A stretch of 64,000 bases of DNA from Pseudomonadota bacterium. GTDB lineage: Bacteria; Pseudomonadota; Alphaproteobacteria; Rhizobiales; UBA4765. Shown here piece by piece: positions 1-10,408 of this stretch (its first letter is position 1; every line of letters begins with the position of its first letter). The DNA lies in contig JBGFRS010000022.1 of NCBI GenBank assembly GCA_041694995.1, forward strand, positions 16,996 to 80,995, read 5' to 3'. Position numbers and translations under genes: made by a program. The notes under the pieces are model-generated. The model saw nothing but the letters and a program-made list of their open reading frames with translations. It had not been told where the DNA came from and made no database searches.

Positions 1-479
1 GGTTTGAAGTGCACGGCCCATCGTCGCGTTGCAGAAACCGTCGCGTTCGCGGAATCGAAACCGATCCTGACATCCGGATCGACGGGGGCGGAACAGCCAC
101 GGCATAGCCGCTCGATAACCGACCCGACTTCTTGGTGAGACGTGGAATTAGCGTCTCGGCCGTAGTGCGCCGCATCCACAAGGTCCGACAACACATCGAT
201 ACCGCGAATACATGTTGCAATTGTTGTCTCGCTAGCGTCGAGACGACCTTCTCGCATGAGGTCGAGCAACGTTTCGAACCTGTGGGAGAATGCTACGAGA
301 TGGTCGAACCCGAATGCGCCTGCTCCACCCTTGATGGAGTGCACCGCGCGAAAGACGGCGTGCAGATTCGCCGGATCGCGTTCTCCCTGATCGAGTTGTG
401 CGAGCCGACCTCCGGCTTCGTCGAGAAGCTCGGTGCATTCTGCGAAATACGTTTCCTTGAACTTCTCGAATTCATTCAT
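1..479 (-). CDS. cheA: Chemotaxis histidine kinase CheA, N-terminal Hpt (P1) domain; partial, runs off the window and is absent from the ORF track
   Basis: Manual translation from ATG at 479 gives MNEFEKFKETYFAECTELL...AVFRAVHSIKGGAGAFGFDHL, the CheA phospho-acceptor motif; lies directly downstream of cheY. Confidence 0.92.
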   Translation of the reverse strand, partial: MNEFEKFKETYFAECTELLDEAGGRLAQLDQGERDPANLHAVFRAVHSIKGGAGAFGFDHLVAFSHRFETLLDLMREGRLDASETTIATCIRGIDVLSDLVDAAHYGRDANSTSHQEVGSVIERLCRGCSAPVDPDVRIGFDSANATVSATRRWAVHFK

Positions 480-502
480 GGCATGCGACCGCCGGCTCTA
501 CG

Positions 503-880
503 CTAAGCCGCTTGCAGACAAACCTTTCGGATGGTTGACACCAGCTTTTCAGGATCGAACGGCTTGACGATCCAGCCCGTTGCACCGGCTGCCCGCCCCT
601 CATCTCGCTTCTCCCGACTTGTCTCGGTCGTCAGTACCAAAACGGGCAACCCGGCGAGTTGCCGGTCCTGGCGCATGGCACGGATGAAGGTGTATCCATC
701 CATAACAGGCATGTTGACGTCGCAGATGATGACGTCGACGGGCTCGCGCGCCAGAATGTTTAGCGCCTCTCGACCGTTTTCAGCCTGCACCACCGTGAAT
801 CCGCGCGTGGCCAAGGCTGCACGGAGCATGTCGAGCATCGTCCGCGAATCGTCGACGGTAAGGATGCGTAAGCTCGTCAT
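503..880 (-). CDS. cheY: Single-domain response regulator CheY
   Basis: ILTVDDS, CDVNMPVMDG, LTTE and GATGWIVKPF motifs; located between STAS gene and cheA. Confidence 0.92.
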   Translation of the reverse strand: MTSLRILTVDDSRTMLDMLRAALATRGFTVVQAENGREALNILAREPVDVIICDVNMPVMDGYTFIRAMRQDRQLAGLPVLVLTTETSREKRDEGRAAGATGWIVKPFDPEKLVSTIRKVCLQAA

Positions 881-1176
881 GGTCGCATCCAGGCCTTGAA
901 GTGAAAGGCAAGGCCAAGATCGGCTATGGCCTCCCGAAGCGCTGGGGAAGGGCTTTCGACAAAAACGGCTCGGCGCTGCGAACTCATTGACTGAAGCAGG
1001 ACTATCAAGAACTGAATGGCCATTGTTCCGACGCGAGTTACAGGGGACGCATCAAGAACCAGTTCATTGCTCACGTCGACGGAGCTGACGGTCTCCTGCA
1101 GCGATGCAATCCCCTGCCGATCGAAGTTTGCAGGTAGAGGGATGACGGTACGTTCTGCGACAGCACCGTTCGCCAC
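877..1176 (-). CDS. STAS-domain protein of the chemotaxis operon (CheS-like)
   Basis: 99 aa with LVLDASPVTRVGTMAIQFL...SPSPALREAIADLGL STAS pattern; 4-nt overlap with cheY. Confidence 0.8.
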   Translation of the reverse strand: MANGAVAERTVIPLPANFDRQGIASLQETVSSVDVSNELVLDASPVTRVGTMAIQFLIVLLQSMSSQRRAVFVESPSPALREAIADLGLAFHFKAWMRP

Positions 1177-1593
1177 GGGAATCTCCTCGAGCCCTTTGGG
1201 CTGGAGACTGATCCGATCATGATTAATAAACAGTTGCCGAGTACGCTGAGGCGCCGGTTAAGGAGACGTCAGCGGACCCTGCATGGCGCTTATAGTCCGG
1301 TTTGAAACTCGGGAATGGGCGTTGCGTCGGATGAGCAGGCCGCAGCATGAAACACAATTCCACCTCGTCCTCGCCTTCCACGACCGCGCTACCTGCGTCG
1401 ATGGAGGAGGAGCGCACCCGGCGTCATTTCGGGCCGATGAATGCCATAGGGATTGATCAGGAAACGCGCAGGCGATCCGGCCACCTGCGCCGAGAAATGA
1501 TCGCGGATGCCTCGTTGAAGTCGAAATGCGTGGCCAGGCGAAAGGCGGCGGCAAGATCACGGCGGGATTAGGCGGGGCCGGCACGGGCATCGG

Positions 1594-2136
1594 TCAGCGG
1601 GGCGCGAGCATCATGACCATCTGCCGGCCTTCGAGCTTCGGCTCCTGCTCGACCTTGGCGACTTTGGCGGTGTCGGCCTTCACCCGGTCGAGCACCTTCA
1701 CGCCGAGGTCCTGGTGGGCCATCTCGCGGCCGCGGAAGCGCAAGGTGATCTTCACCTTGTCACCCTCCTCGAAGAAGCTGAGCATCGCCTTCATCTTGAC
1801 CTGGTAGTCGTGGTCGTCGATCGCCGGTCGAAGCTTGATCTCCTTGATCTCGACCGTTTTCTGGTTGCGGCGCGCTTCCGCCGCCTTCTTCTGGGCCTGG
1901 AATTTGAACTTGCCGTAGTCGAGCAGCTTGCACACGGGCGGCGTCGAATTCGGCGAGATCTCCACGAGGTCGAGGCCGGCCTCTTCGGCAAGGCGGATCG
2001 CCTCGTAGGTGGGCACGACACCGCGATTCTGACCTTCGGCATCGATCAATTGCACTTCGCGGACGCGGATGTCGCGGTTGACGCGGGGGCCTTCCTTTTG
2101 GACGGGCAAAACGGGACGTTGGAACGGGCGACGAAT
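1594..2136 (-). CDS. infC: Translation initiation factor IF-3, probable ATT start
   Basis: [32 protein letters not shown] and FRGREMAH motifs; AGGAG 9 nt before in-frame ATT at 2136 (ORF track uses ATG 2157). Confidence 0.96.
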   Translation of the reverse strand: MRRPFQRPVLPVQKEGPRVNRDIRVREVQLIDAEGQNRGVVPTYEAIRLAEEAGLDLVEISPNSTPPVCKLLDYGKFKFQAQKKAAEARRNQKTVEIKEIKLRPAIDDHDYQVKMKAMLSFFEEGDKVKITLRFRGREMAHQDLGVKVLDRVKADTAKVAKVEQEPKLEGRQMVMMLAPR

Positions 2137-2263
2137 GGCGGCATTCTCCTGTGGCATGGACGGCCATCTTGGTCCGACGTCGGACGGAAGGACGGCTCAT
2201 CCTGTGGCTGAGAGCATCTAACGTCGGCCGCGGCGGCTGGGAAGTCAAGATTCCCTGGAAACG

Positions 2264-3727
2264 TCAGCCGCTGCGCTTGACGCGCTCCACAGTCGAGGAG
2301 GTGCTCACGCCCTCGACCAGGGGCAGGAGGACGACCCGCCCGCCGCGGGCCTTGACGAGATCGGCACCGACAACCTGGTCTTCGCGGTAGTCCTGGCCCT
2401 TGAAGATCACGTCGGGCTCGATCGCAGCGATCAACTCGCGCGGCGTATCCTCCGAGAAGATCGTGGCCACGTCGACCACATCGAGGGCCGCGAGCACGCG
2501 CGCGCGCGTGGTCTCGTCTTGAATCGGGCGACTGGGACCTTTCAGCCGCTTCACGGACGCGTCGGAATTCACGCCGACGACCAGGATGTCACAATGCTCA
2601 GCCGCCTGTTCGAGCGACTGAATATGTCCAGAGTGCAGAAGGTCAAAAACGCCGTTGGTAAAGCCGATAACCTGCCCCTCGGCGCGCCATGCGGCAACGA
2701 GTTCGCGCGTGTCCGACCGGCTCATCGGCTTGTGCAAGGAAGTGAGGCCGAGCGAGCGCTTCAGTTCGAGCGGCGATACGGTTGCGGTGCCTGACTTCCC
2801 CACGACGATGCCCGCCGCCGCATTCCCGAAATGCACCGCATCCGGAAGCGAGAGCCCAGCGGCGACACCGGCAGCCACGACAGCAATGGCCGTATCGCCC
2901 GCCCCCGACACGTCGAAGACGCTCACCGCGCGCGTCCGCACGTGAAGCGGGGCCGCGCCGCGCTGCAAGAGCGTCATGCCCTGCTCGCTGCGGGTCACGA
3001 GCACGGCCTCGATGTCGAAGCGGTCGAGCGCGCGCCGGCATGCCTCCCCCGCCGTCGCGTCGTCCACGGCACGCAACCCGACGGCGGCTGCGAGTTCCTT
3101 GACATTGGGGCAGACGAGCGTGGCGCCTTTGTAGGCATCGAAATCCTCGGTCTTCGGGTCGGCGAAGACCGGGCGCTTGGCTGCGCGGGCCAATGCGGCG
3201 ACCGTGGCCGCGACGCCGCCCCCAAGCGTGCCTTTGGCGTAGTCCGACATCACGACGACGTCGACCTCGCCGAGGTGCGATTCGACGGCGGCGAGCAGAC
3301 GAGCGCGCACGTCGCCCGCGGCGACGTGAGGCGTTTCCTCGTCGATGCGCATCATCTGCTGGTTTCTGGCAAGGACCCGCGTCTTGACCGTTGTCATGCG
3401 CGCCGTATCGGCGACGAGATCGGCGGTGAGCCCCGCCTCGGTGGCAAGCCGTCCGATCTCGCCGGCCGCAGCATCCACGCCGATCAGGCCGACGAGCACC
3501 GCCGAGCCGCCGAATGCCGTGAAGTGGCGGGCAACATTGGCGGCGCCGCCGAGCACGGCGCGCCGCTCCGTTTGCAGAAGGACGGGCACCGGCGCCTCCG
3601 GCGAAATGCGCTGCACCTCGCCGGCCACATAGCGATCCAGCACGACGTCGCCCACGACGAGAGCGCGCACGCCCGACAGGCGCTCCATCGCGCGCTCGAA
3701 AGCGACCAGGGTCTCGGGTGAATACAT
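2264..3727 (-). CDS. hldE: Bifunctional heptose 7-phosphate kinase / heptose 1-phosphate adenylyltransferase
   Basis: RISPEAPVPV, GGAANVA, DVSGAGDT (PfkB) plus FTNGVFDLLHSGH and KRLKGPSRP (cytidylyltransferase-like). Confidence 0.95.
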   Translation of the reverse strand: MYSPETLVAFERAMERLSGVRALVVGDVVLDRYVAGEVQRISPEAPVPVLLQTERRAVLGGAANVARHFTAFGGSAVLVGLIGVDAAAGEIGRLATEAGLTADLVADTARMTTVKTRVLARNQQMMRIDEETPHVAAGDVRARLLAAVESHLGEVDVVVMSDYAKGTLGGGVAATVAALARAAKRPVFADPKTEDFDAYKGATLVCPNVKELAAAVGLRAVDDATAGEACRRALDRFDIEAVLVTRSEQGMTLLQRGAAPLHVRTRAVSVFDVSGAGDTAIAVVAAGVAAGLSLPDAVHFGNAAAGIVVGKSGTATVSPLELKRSLGLTSLHKPMSRSDTRELVAAWRAEGQVIGFTNGVFDLLHSGHIQSLEQAAEHCDILVVGVNSDASVKRLKGPSRPIQDETTRARVLAALDVVDVATIFSEDTPRELIAAIEPDVIFKGQDYREDQVVGADLVKARGGRVVLLPLVEGVSTSSTVERVKRSG

Positions 3728-3872
3728 CGGAGACGAGATTCCGTTTGCGCCGTGTCATGCCAGACGCGCGCCAGTCCGTAAAGGAACGCGGGAGTCTTGC
3801 GCAACGAAGCGAGCGCCGCTACGTCGGCGCCATGTCTCGTATGCTCATGCGACCCGACCTGCCGAGCGTGAC

Positions 3873-4895
3873 ATGAGCAAGACCCTCGTCATCGGACCCG
3901 CCTGGGTCGGCGACATGGTCATGGCTCAAGCGTTGTTCAAACGGTTGAAAGCGCAGGATCGTGGAGAGATCCACGTCCTTGCTCCGGCTTTCACCTTGCC
4001 GCTCGTCGCGCGCATGCCGGAGGTCGATGGGGCTTGGACGCTCGAGGTCGGCCACGGTGCTCTCGCGTTCGCAACGCGATGGCGAATGGCGCGCCGCTTG
4101 GCAGCCGAGACCTTCACGCACGCCATCGTCCTGCCGCGCAGTCTAAAGGCCGCGCTGATCCCGTTCATCGCCCGCATTCCCGTGCGACGCGGGGTTCGGG
4201 GCGAGTATCGTTACGGCCTCATCAACGACATGGTCCCGATCCGTGAAAAGGAAGGGCGGACGGTCGACGATTTCGTCGCGTTGTCAGGGGACCTTGCGCC
4301 GATGCGCGCGCAAGAACGGCCACAGCTCGTGTCACATCCGAGCGAAGGCGCCAGGCTGCGTGCGCGCTTGGCCGTACCCGAGAGCCGTGCGCTGGTGGCG
4401 CTGTGTCCTGGTGCCGAGTACGGCCCAGCGAAGCGCTGGCCCGCGGCGCATTTCACCGCGCTCGCCCGGCATCTCGATGCGGCCGGGTTCGCGGTCGTCC
4501 TCGTCGGTTCGACGAAGGACAGCGAGATCGCTCGCACAATCGCAACGTCCGACACGCCGGCGGTCGATGCGACCGGTCGCACCACGCTGGCCGAAGCCAT
4601 CGATTTCCTTGCGGCCGCCTCTGTCGTCGTTACCAATGATTCCGGATTGATGCACGTCGCGGCGGCGCTCGACCGCCCTGTCGTTGCCCTGTACGGCTCG
4701 TCGAGCCCACAGCGAACGCCACCGCTGACCGAGCGCGCCGTGGCGGTCGAGAGCGATGCCGTGCTGGATTGCCGCCCCTGTTTCGAGCGCACGTGCCGTT
4801 TCGGCCATCTCCGATGCCTGAACGATATCTCCCCGGAACGTGTCGCCGCGATCGTGCTTGCTCAGTCGGCCCGCGCCGCGCCGAGCGCGGCGTGA
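3873..4895 (+). CDS. waaF: LPS heptosyltransferase II (GT9)
   Basis: GPAWVGDMVMAQ, CPGAEYGPAKRWP, NDSGLMHVAAAL and CRPCFERTC motifs. Confidence 0.92.
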   Translation: MSKTLVIGPAWVGDMVMAQALFKRLKAQDRGEIHVLAPAFTLPLVARMPEVDGAWTLEVGHGALAFATRWRMARRLAAETFTHAIVLPRSLKAALIPFIARIPVRRGVRGEYRYGLINDMVPIREKEGRTVDDFVALSGDLAPMRAQERPQLVSHPSEGARLRARLAVPESRALVALCPGAEYGPAKRWPAAHFTALARHLDAAGFAVVLVGSTKDSEIARTIATSDTPAVDATGRTTLAEAIDFLAAASVVVTNDSGLMHVAAALDRPVVALYGSSSPQRTPPLTERAVAVESDAVLDCRPCFERTCRFGHLRCLNDISPERVAAIVLAQSARAAPSAA

Positions 4896-5935
4896 GCAAG
4901 TGCTGCGTCGACCGCAGTCAGCACCTGTCCGAGCGACAATTCGTCGAGGCAACGCGAATAGGAGTCGAGCTGGTTGAGGCAACCGAGCCGCTCGCAGGGC
5001 AAGCAGGGCAAGGGATTCTGAACCACGCGGACGTTGCCTCGGTGCTGGATCGTTCCCGAACGCTCCCACGGCCTGTCAAGCCCCCCGACTGGCCATGGGC
5101 CTATCAGGAGCGGATCCACGGGGCCGTACAGCGCAACGCACGGCACGCCAATCGCCGCCGCCAAGTGCGTGACCGACGTGTCTGGCCCCACATAGACCGC
5201 AGCGCCGCGCAGCAGCGCGGCAAGCTCGGGCCAGGACAGACGCCCATCGAACCGCTGTACAGGAACGTCGCAGCCGCCCCACAAGGCATCAAGATAAGCG
5301 GCCTCATCTGCGCCGCGACCGCCAGTGACGACAATGCCGAAGCCGCGCCGATGGAGCGTCGCGGCCAGGCCGCGCCAGCCGGCCTGATGCCAGCGGCGCA
5401 CGCTGTAGAAGGGATTGGCGTGGAGAACGACGTAGGGTGTTGTCGGCAAGGGCAGGGCCGCATCACCGCGCGGCGGTACGATTTCGGCAACCGGCGCAGC
5501 ACCAACCGCCGTCGCGAGCCGGAGCGTGTCCGTGATGCGGTGAAGATCGGTGACTTGCGGCACCGGCACGTGGAGAAAGAGACGCTTCAGTGCGCCACCC
5601 CACCCGGCGGCGGACATCCCCGCGCGTCGGCGGCCAGCGATGACCGTGAAGGTCGTTGGACGGTCTCCTGTCTGTGCCGAGATCGCAAGGTCGTAGGCGC
5701 GCCACAGCCGGCGGATCAGGGCGAGCGTCTCCGCCGCCCCCGGCCTTTCCGACATGGTGATGACCGCCCGTATGTCAGGATTGCCGGCCAGCATGACCTC
5801 CGTGCCGCGAAACACGAGCACGTCGACCGCCGCCTGCGGCCAGGCGTGCTTGATGCTGCGGACGAGCGGGGTCGCGAGCAGCACATCACCGAGGCGACGC
5901 AGCACCACGATCAGGACGGAGCGCGGTGCAGTCAC
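4862..5935 (-). CDS. GT9 heptosyltransferase (WaaQ/heptosyltransferase III-like)
   Basis: LRRLGDVLLATP, GPDTSVTHLAAA and CLPCERLGC motifs; GTG start chosen at 5935. Confidence 0.85.
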   Translation of the reverse strand: MTAPRSVLIVVLRRLGDVLLATPLVRSIKHAWPQAAVDVLVFRGTEVMLAGNPDIRAVITMSERPGAAETLALIRRLWRAYDLAISAQTGDRPTTFTVIAGRRRAGMSAAGWGGALKRLFLHVPVPQVTDLHRITDTLRLATAVGAAPVAEIVPPRGDAALPLPTTPYVVLHANPFYSVRRWHQAGWRGLAATLHRRGFGIVVTGGRGADEAAYLDALWGGCDVPVQRFDGRLSWPELAALLRGAAVYVGPDTSVTHLAAAIGVPCVALYGPVDPLLIGPWPVGGLDRPWERSGTIQHRGNVRVVQNPLPCLPCERLGCLNQLDSYSRCLDELSLGQVLTAVDAALAHAALGAARAD

Positions 5936-6008
5936 AACACGGTCCGTTCGCAGGTTTGGTGGAAGCGACCCGTGGCAAGCCTGGCCACCGGAACACTCGA
6001 ATGCTGGC

Positions 6009-6845
6009 TCACGGTATGGGCACCTTCTCGACGTCGAGCGTGGACAGGCCACGTTGCGCACGAAGCCGCACGCCGTGTTGGATGTCGGCGAGCCGACGCT
6101 CGTTCGCGGCCAGACCGGCGCGATCGGCTTCCTTGTGCCAGAGATGGAGGACGCCTGTCGCAAAACGCCCGTCCTTGCGCCGGACTCCGGAGCGAATCAG
6201 GCGGATGGCAATGTCCGAGTCCTCGAGCCCCCACCCCGTGAACTCTGCATCGAAACCGTCGATCGCCTCGAGATCGGCGCGCCAAGCTGCCATGTTCGCA
6301 CTTCGCACGCCGCGCCACTCTCCTGCGTGCAGATGACGCCATGCCCCGTCAGGCAGACGCGCAAGGGGCAGCAGGCGATTGATCCGCCCGCGCAGCCGCT
6401 CCATCAGCCAATGGCTCCAGCCATACGTCTCGACTTCGACACCGTCGTGCAATGCATCCTGCGTTGCAGCCTGCGAAAGGAGCATCCGATTGCCGAAGAC
6501 GAAGCTTCCCGGTTCTGCAAGGGCGCGGTGGCGTGCGACGAAGTCGCTGAACGGGATGCAGTCGCCGTCGAGGAATACGACGTAAGCGCCTTTGGACGCG
6601 CGCAGGCCGCGATTGCGGCTCTCAGCCGGCCGGAACCCCTCGTCCGGCTGCCATGCATGGCTGAGCGGAACGCCAAGCCGCTGTCGCCAGCCTTCGATGA
6701 GCGCGGCCGTCGTCGGCCCGGAGCCGTCGTCGGCAACAACGATCTCGAAATCGCGATCAGATTGCCGCGAAAGCCCGCGCAGCACCGCGTCCAGCGCCTC
6801 CGGACGCTCATACGTCGTCACGATGACGGAGATGGATGGCGACAT
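6009..6845 (-). CDS. Glycosyltransferase family 2
   Basis: SVIVTTYERP, VADDGS, FLDGDC and GWGLEDSD motifs; ATG at 6845. Confidence 0.88.
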   Translation of the reverse strand: MSPSISVIVTTYERPEALDAVLRGLSRQSDRDFEIVVADDGSGPTTAALIEGWRQRLGVPLSHAWQPDEGFRPAESRNRGLRASKGAYVVFLDGDCIPFSDFVARHRALAEPGSFVFGNRMLLSQAATQDALHDGVEVETYGWSHWLMERLRGRINRLLPLARLPDGAWRHLHAGEWRGVRSANMAAWRADLEAIDGFDAEFTGWGLEDSDIAIRLIRSGVRRKDGRFATGVLHLWHKEADRAGLAANERRLADIQHGVRLRAQRGLSTLDVEKVPIP

Positions 6846-6986
6846 TGTTCGAAGCAGGTTCCATGGGCGGTGCCCGCGCGGCATTTGCGCGCCGCAACCT
6901 AGACAGAGTCGAATGCCCCTTCTAGTAGCACTGCATCCGCAAACGAGCGACAGCCAGCACGCACACCGGGCAAGGACTTTCCGGGC

Positions 6987-7733
6987 ATGGACTTTCTCGA
7001 CATCGATGGCTGTTCTCTCGCCGTGCTCTCCCGCAAAGGCGCTGGCCCTGGCGTGGTGTGGCTCGGCGGGTTTCGTTCCGACATGACAGCGACGAAGGCG
7101 ACCCATCTCGCCGCATGGGCCGAGGGGACTGGGCGGGCCTATGTGCGGTTCGACTATTCCGGGCACGGCCAGTCTGGTGGCCGCTTCGAGGACGGCACGG
7201 TATCAACGTGGCTCGCCGACGCTCTCGCCGTCATCCGCGCCAGGACGCGAGGACCGCAGATTCTCGTCGGTTCGTCGATGGGCGGATACCTTGCGCTTCT
7301 TGCGACGCAGGCACTACGGGCTGCGGGCGAAGTGAAACGCATCGTCGGTCTCGTGCTGATCGCCCCGGCCCCGGACTTCACCGAGCGATTGATGTGGGAC
7401 GTGTTCCCGGACGCCGTGAAGGCTGAGATCATGAGCAAGGGCGTCTGGATGCGCGCCTCGCAGTACTCTCCGGAACCAACGCCGATCACGCGCAAACTCA
7501 TCGAGGATGGGCGGAACCATCTTCTGCTCGGGGCGGGCATCACGACCGGATGTCCCGTGCACATCCTGCACGGCACCGGGGATCCGGACGTGCCGTGGCA
7601 ATTGTCCGTAGAGCTCATGGGGCGGCTCGTGGGGGAACGCGTGACGCTCACCTTGATCAAAGACGGCGATCATCGCCTCTCGACACCATCAGATCTGAGC
7701 CTGCTCGAAACCGCAGTCGAAGGGATCGCGTGA
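6987..7733 (+). CDS. Alpha/beta hydrolase
   Basis: GGFRSDM, RFDYSGHG, GSSMGG nucleophile elbow, DPDVP and GDHRLS motifs. Confidence 0.9.
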   Translation: MDFLDIDGCSLAVLSRKGAGPGVVWLGGFRSDMTATKATHLAAWAEGTGRAYVRFDYSGHGQSGGRFEDGTVSTWLADALAVIRARTRGPQILVGSSMGGYLALLATQALRAAGEVKRIVGLVLIAPAPDFTERLMWDVFPDAVKAEIMSKGVWMRASQYSPEPTPITRKLIEDGRNHLLLGAGITTGCPVHILHGTGDPDVPWQLSVELMGRLVGERVTLTLIKDGDHRLSTPSDLSLLETAVEGIA

Positions 7734-7786
7734 GGCGCACGGCCGTGATAAGCGACGCGCGGCGGGATCGAAGCAAGAGGCATGAC

Positions 7787-8755
7787 ATGACGCTCGAGGT
7801 CGACCTGATCGTCGATAGACGGCGCTTGCGCCGGAAGCTTTCCTTCTGGCGCGTGCTCGGTGTGCTCACCACCGCCCTCGCGGTCATCGCTCTCGGAGCC
7901 CTTGCTGCGGGCCGTACGGGGCTCTTGCCCGGCACAGGCAATCACGTGGCGCGCGTCGCGATCTCCGGGTTCATGACGTATGACCGACCGCTCATTCGCG
8001 CGCTCGAAAGGGTTGCCGATGCGGAGTCGGCGAAGGCGCTCATATTGCAGATCGACTCGCCCGGGGGCTCCGTTGCGGGCTCTGAAGCATTGTTCGCTGC
8101 AATTCGACGTGTTGCGGAGAAAAAGCCGGTCGTGACTGTCGTCGGTGCGCTCGGTGCATCGGGAGCCTACATTGCCGCGATGGGCAGCGATCATATCGTC
8201 GCTGCCGAAACCTCGCTTGTCGGCTCGGTGGGAGTGATCGTCCAGTGGGCCGATGTCGAGCAACTCCTGCGCAACATCGGCGTACGCTTCCATGAAGTGA
8301 AGACCTCGCCGTTGAAAGCCTCACCCAACCCGTTTGAGCCGCCGACGGAGGAAGCCCGCGCGGCGTTGCGTGCCGTGATAGGCGACAGTTACGCGTGGTT
8401 CACTAGTCTCGTGCAGACACGGCGGCGCATCGAAGGCGAGCAGTTGCGCAACGTGACCGACGGTCGCGTCTTCACCGGCCGCCAGGCTCTGGAACTGCGG
8501 CTCGTCGACCAGCTCGGCGATGAACGCACCGCCGTCACCTGGCTCGAACGCGAACGGCGGGTGCCGGAAAAGCTCGAGATTCGAGACTACCGTCCGCGTC
8601 GCGATCGGCTGCCCGGCTTCCTCGATGTCGCCGTTGCGAGCATTGGCGAGCGGATCGGCCTGCCGGCGTCCTGGCTGCCGCAATTGACGAGCGGAGAAGC
8701 GCGCCTTGACGGTCTCGTGTCGGTTTGGCACCCTGCGATGAACGTCGAACGCTGA
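7787..8755 (+). CDS. sppA: Signal peptide peptidase SppA (S49)
   Basis: [24 protein letters not shown] and [10 protein letters not shown] motifs; N-terminal TM segment; upstream of ihfB. Confidence 0.92.
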   Translation: MTLEVDLIVDRRRLRRKLSFWRVLGVLTTALAVIALGALAAGRTGLLPGTGNHVARVAISGFMTYDRPLIRALERVADAESAKALILQIDSPGGSVAGSEALFAAIRRVAEKKPVVTVVGALGASGAYIAAMGSDHIVAAETSLVGSVGVIVQWADVEQLLRNIGVRFHEVKTSPLKASPNPFEPPTEEARAALRAVIGDSYAWFTSLVQTRRRIEGEQLRNVTDGRVFTGRQALELRLVDQLGDERTAVTWLERERRVPEKLEIRDYRPRRDRLPGFLDVAVASIGERIGLPASWLPQLTSGEARLDGLVSVWHPAMNVER

Positions 8756-8786
8756 CCGATCACTGAGTTTAAGGTCTTCACGCCAA

Positions 8787-9074
8787 ATGATAAAATCAGA
8801 GCTTGTGCAGCGGATTGCCGCTGCAAATCCGCATCTGTATCAGCGCGACGTCGAAATGATCGTCAATGCGATCCTCGACGAGATCACGGCAGCGCTCGCG
8901 CGCGGCGATCGCGTCGAACTGCGCGGCTTCGGCGCGTTCTCGGTGAAGAGCCGGCCAGCGCGCACCGGACGCAATCCGCGGACGGGGGACAAAGTGCCGG
9001 TGAGCGAGAAGTCGGTCCCGTTCTTCAAGACGGGCAAGGAAATGCGCGAGCGGCTGAACGACGGCCAAGGCTGA
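8787..9074 (+). CDS. ihfB: Integration host factor beta subunit
   Basis: MIKSELV...[13 protein letters not shown]...GRNPRTG...[14 protein letters not shown]. Confidence 0.97.
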   Translation: MIKSELVQRIAAANPHLYQRDVEMIVNAILDEITAALARGDRVELRGFGAFSVKSRPARTGRNPRTGDKVPVSEKSVPFFKTGKEMRERLNDGQG

Positions 9075-9084
9075 CGGAGGGGGG

Positions 9085-9411
9085 ATGACGATCATCAGAC
9101 AGTTGTTCGGCTGGTTGGTCGTATTGCCCATCGCCGTCGTGGTGGTGGCGCTCGGCGTTGCGAACCGTGCATCCGTCACGGTCGCGTGGAATCCGCTTGA
9201 TCCGGCCGCCGGTGCGTTTCAGGTACCGCTGTTCGTGATTGCTTTGGCGATGTTCGTGCTCGGCGCGCTGGTTGGCGGCTTCACGGTGTGGAACCGACAG
9301 CGGCATTGGCGCCGCGCGGCGCGCGACGGCCGCGCCGAGGCGCGCACGCTGAAAGCGGAAGTCGATCGGCTGAAGCAGAACGTGGCCCCTGCTCTGGCGG
9401 GTCCGCGCTGA
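9085..9411 (+). CDS. LapA-family (LPS assembly) membrane protein
   Basis: Two TM segments, ANR motif and basic coiled tail; usual position after ihfB. Confidence 0.75.
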   Translation: MTIIRQLFGWLVVLPIAVVVVALGVANRASVTVAWNPLDPAAGAFQVPLFVIALAMFVLGALVGGFTVWNRQRHWRRAARDGRAEARTLKAEVDRLKQNVAPALAGPR

Positions 9412-9417
9412 GGCATC

Positions 9418-10398
9418 ATGCGCTTTCTGACCGCCGCCGACGTCGACGCCGCTCTCTCCTTTCCCGCACTCGTCGACGCTCTGGCGCGCGCCTTCCGCTC
9501 CGAGATCGTCACGCCCGCGCGGGCGCATCACACGGTGCAGCGCGCCGGGGCGGCGGAGGCGACGCTTCTGCTCATGCCGGCATGGACCGGCGCGGATACA
9601 CGTGCCGCCGATGGCTTCATCGGCACGAAGATCGTCTCGGTCGTGCCGGACAATCCCGCCAAGAGGAAACCCTCGATCGTCGGCATCTACGTCTTGTTCT
9701 CCACCGATACGGCCGAGCCGCTGTGTGTGATGGACGGTCCACGCCTGACGTTGTGGCGCACTGCGGCGGCCTCGGCCCTTGCCGCCTCCAAACTCGCCCG
9801 CGCGGACGCGTCGCGCCTTCTCATGGTCGGTGCAGGCGCGCTCGCACCCTACATGATCCGCGCGCATGCGAGCGTGCGTCCGATCCGCGAGGTCGCGATC
9901 TGGAACCGGTCGCGCGCGCCAGCGGAAACGTTGGCGGCGTCTCTGGTCGATGCCGAGCATCTCGACGGCGCCGACGACATGGCAGTGCGCATCGTCGATG
10001 ATCTCGAAGCGGCCGTGCGTGACGCCGACATCGTATCCTGCGCCACGATGTCCTCTACGCCGCTGGTGCACGGCGCATGGCTCAAGCCTGGCGCGCATCT
10101 CGATCTCGTCGGGGCGTACCGACCAACCATGCGCGAGTGCGACGATGAAGCGGTGAGGCGCGCGAGCCTTTTCTGCGACACGCGCGCCGGCGCGACGACC
10201 GAAGGCGGAGATCTCGCGGGTCCGATCGCGCGGGGCGTAATCGGTGCGGCCGACGTCAAAGGCGATCTGTTCGACCTCAGCCGCGGGACGCACCCGGGCC
10301 GCGCGCGCGAGGACGAGATCACCCTGTTCAAGAGCGTCGGCACGGCAATCGAGGATCTTGCGGCCGCGATGCTGGTGTGGCGGAGCACGACGCGGTAA
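9418..10398 (+). CDS. Ornithine cyclodeaminase / mu-crystallin family protein
   Basis: LLMPAW, RTAAASALA, GAGALA and LFKSVGTAIEDLAAA motifs. Confidence 0.9.
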   Translation: MRFLTAADVDAALSFPALVDALARAFRSEIVTPARAHHTVQRAGAAEATLLLMPAWTGADTRAADGFIGTKIVSVVPDNPAKRKPSIVGIYVLFSTDTAEPLCVMDGPRLTLWRTAAASALAASKLARADASRLLMVGAGALAPYMIRAHASVRPIREVAIWNRSRAPAETLAASLVDAEHLDGADDMAVRIVDDLEAAVRDADIVSCATMSSTPLVHGAWLKPGAHLDLVGAYRPTMRECDDEAVRRASLFCDTRAGATTEGGDLAGPIARGVIGAADVKGDLFDLSRGTHPGRAREDEITLFKSVGTAIEDLAAAMLVWRSTTR

Positions 10399-10408
10399 GC
10401 GTCCCGCA

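Noticed and set aside
132..506. Plus-strand 124-aa ORF
   Set aside because: Antisense to the cheA 5' end, which carries the diagnostic Hpt motif
1222..1262. CtrA site upstream of the chemotaxis operon
   Set aside because: Only a TTAACC half-site and an AT-rich patch; no full TTAA-N7-TTAAC
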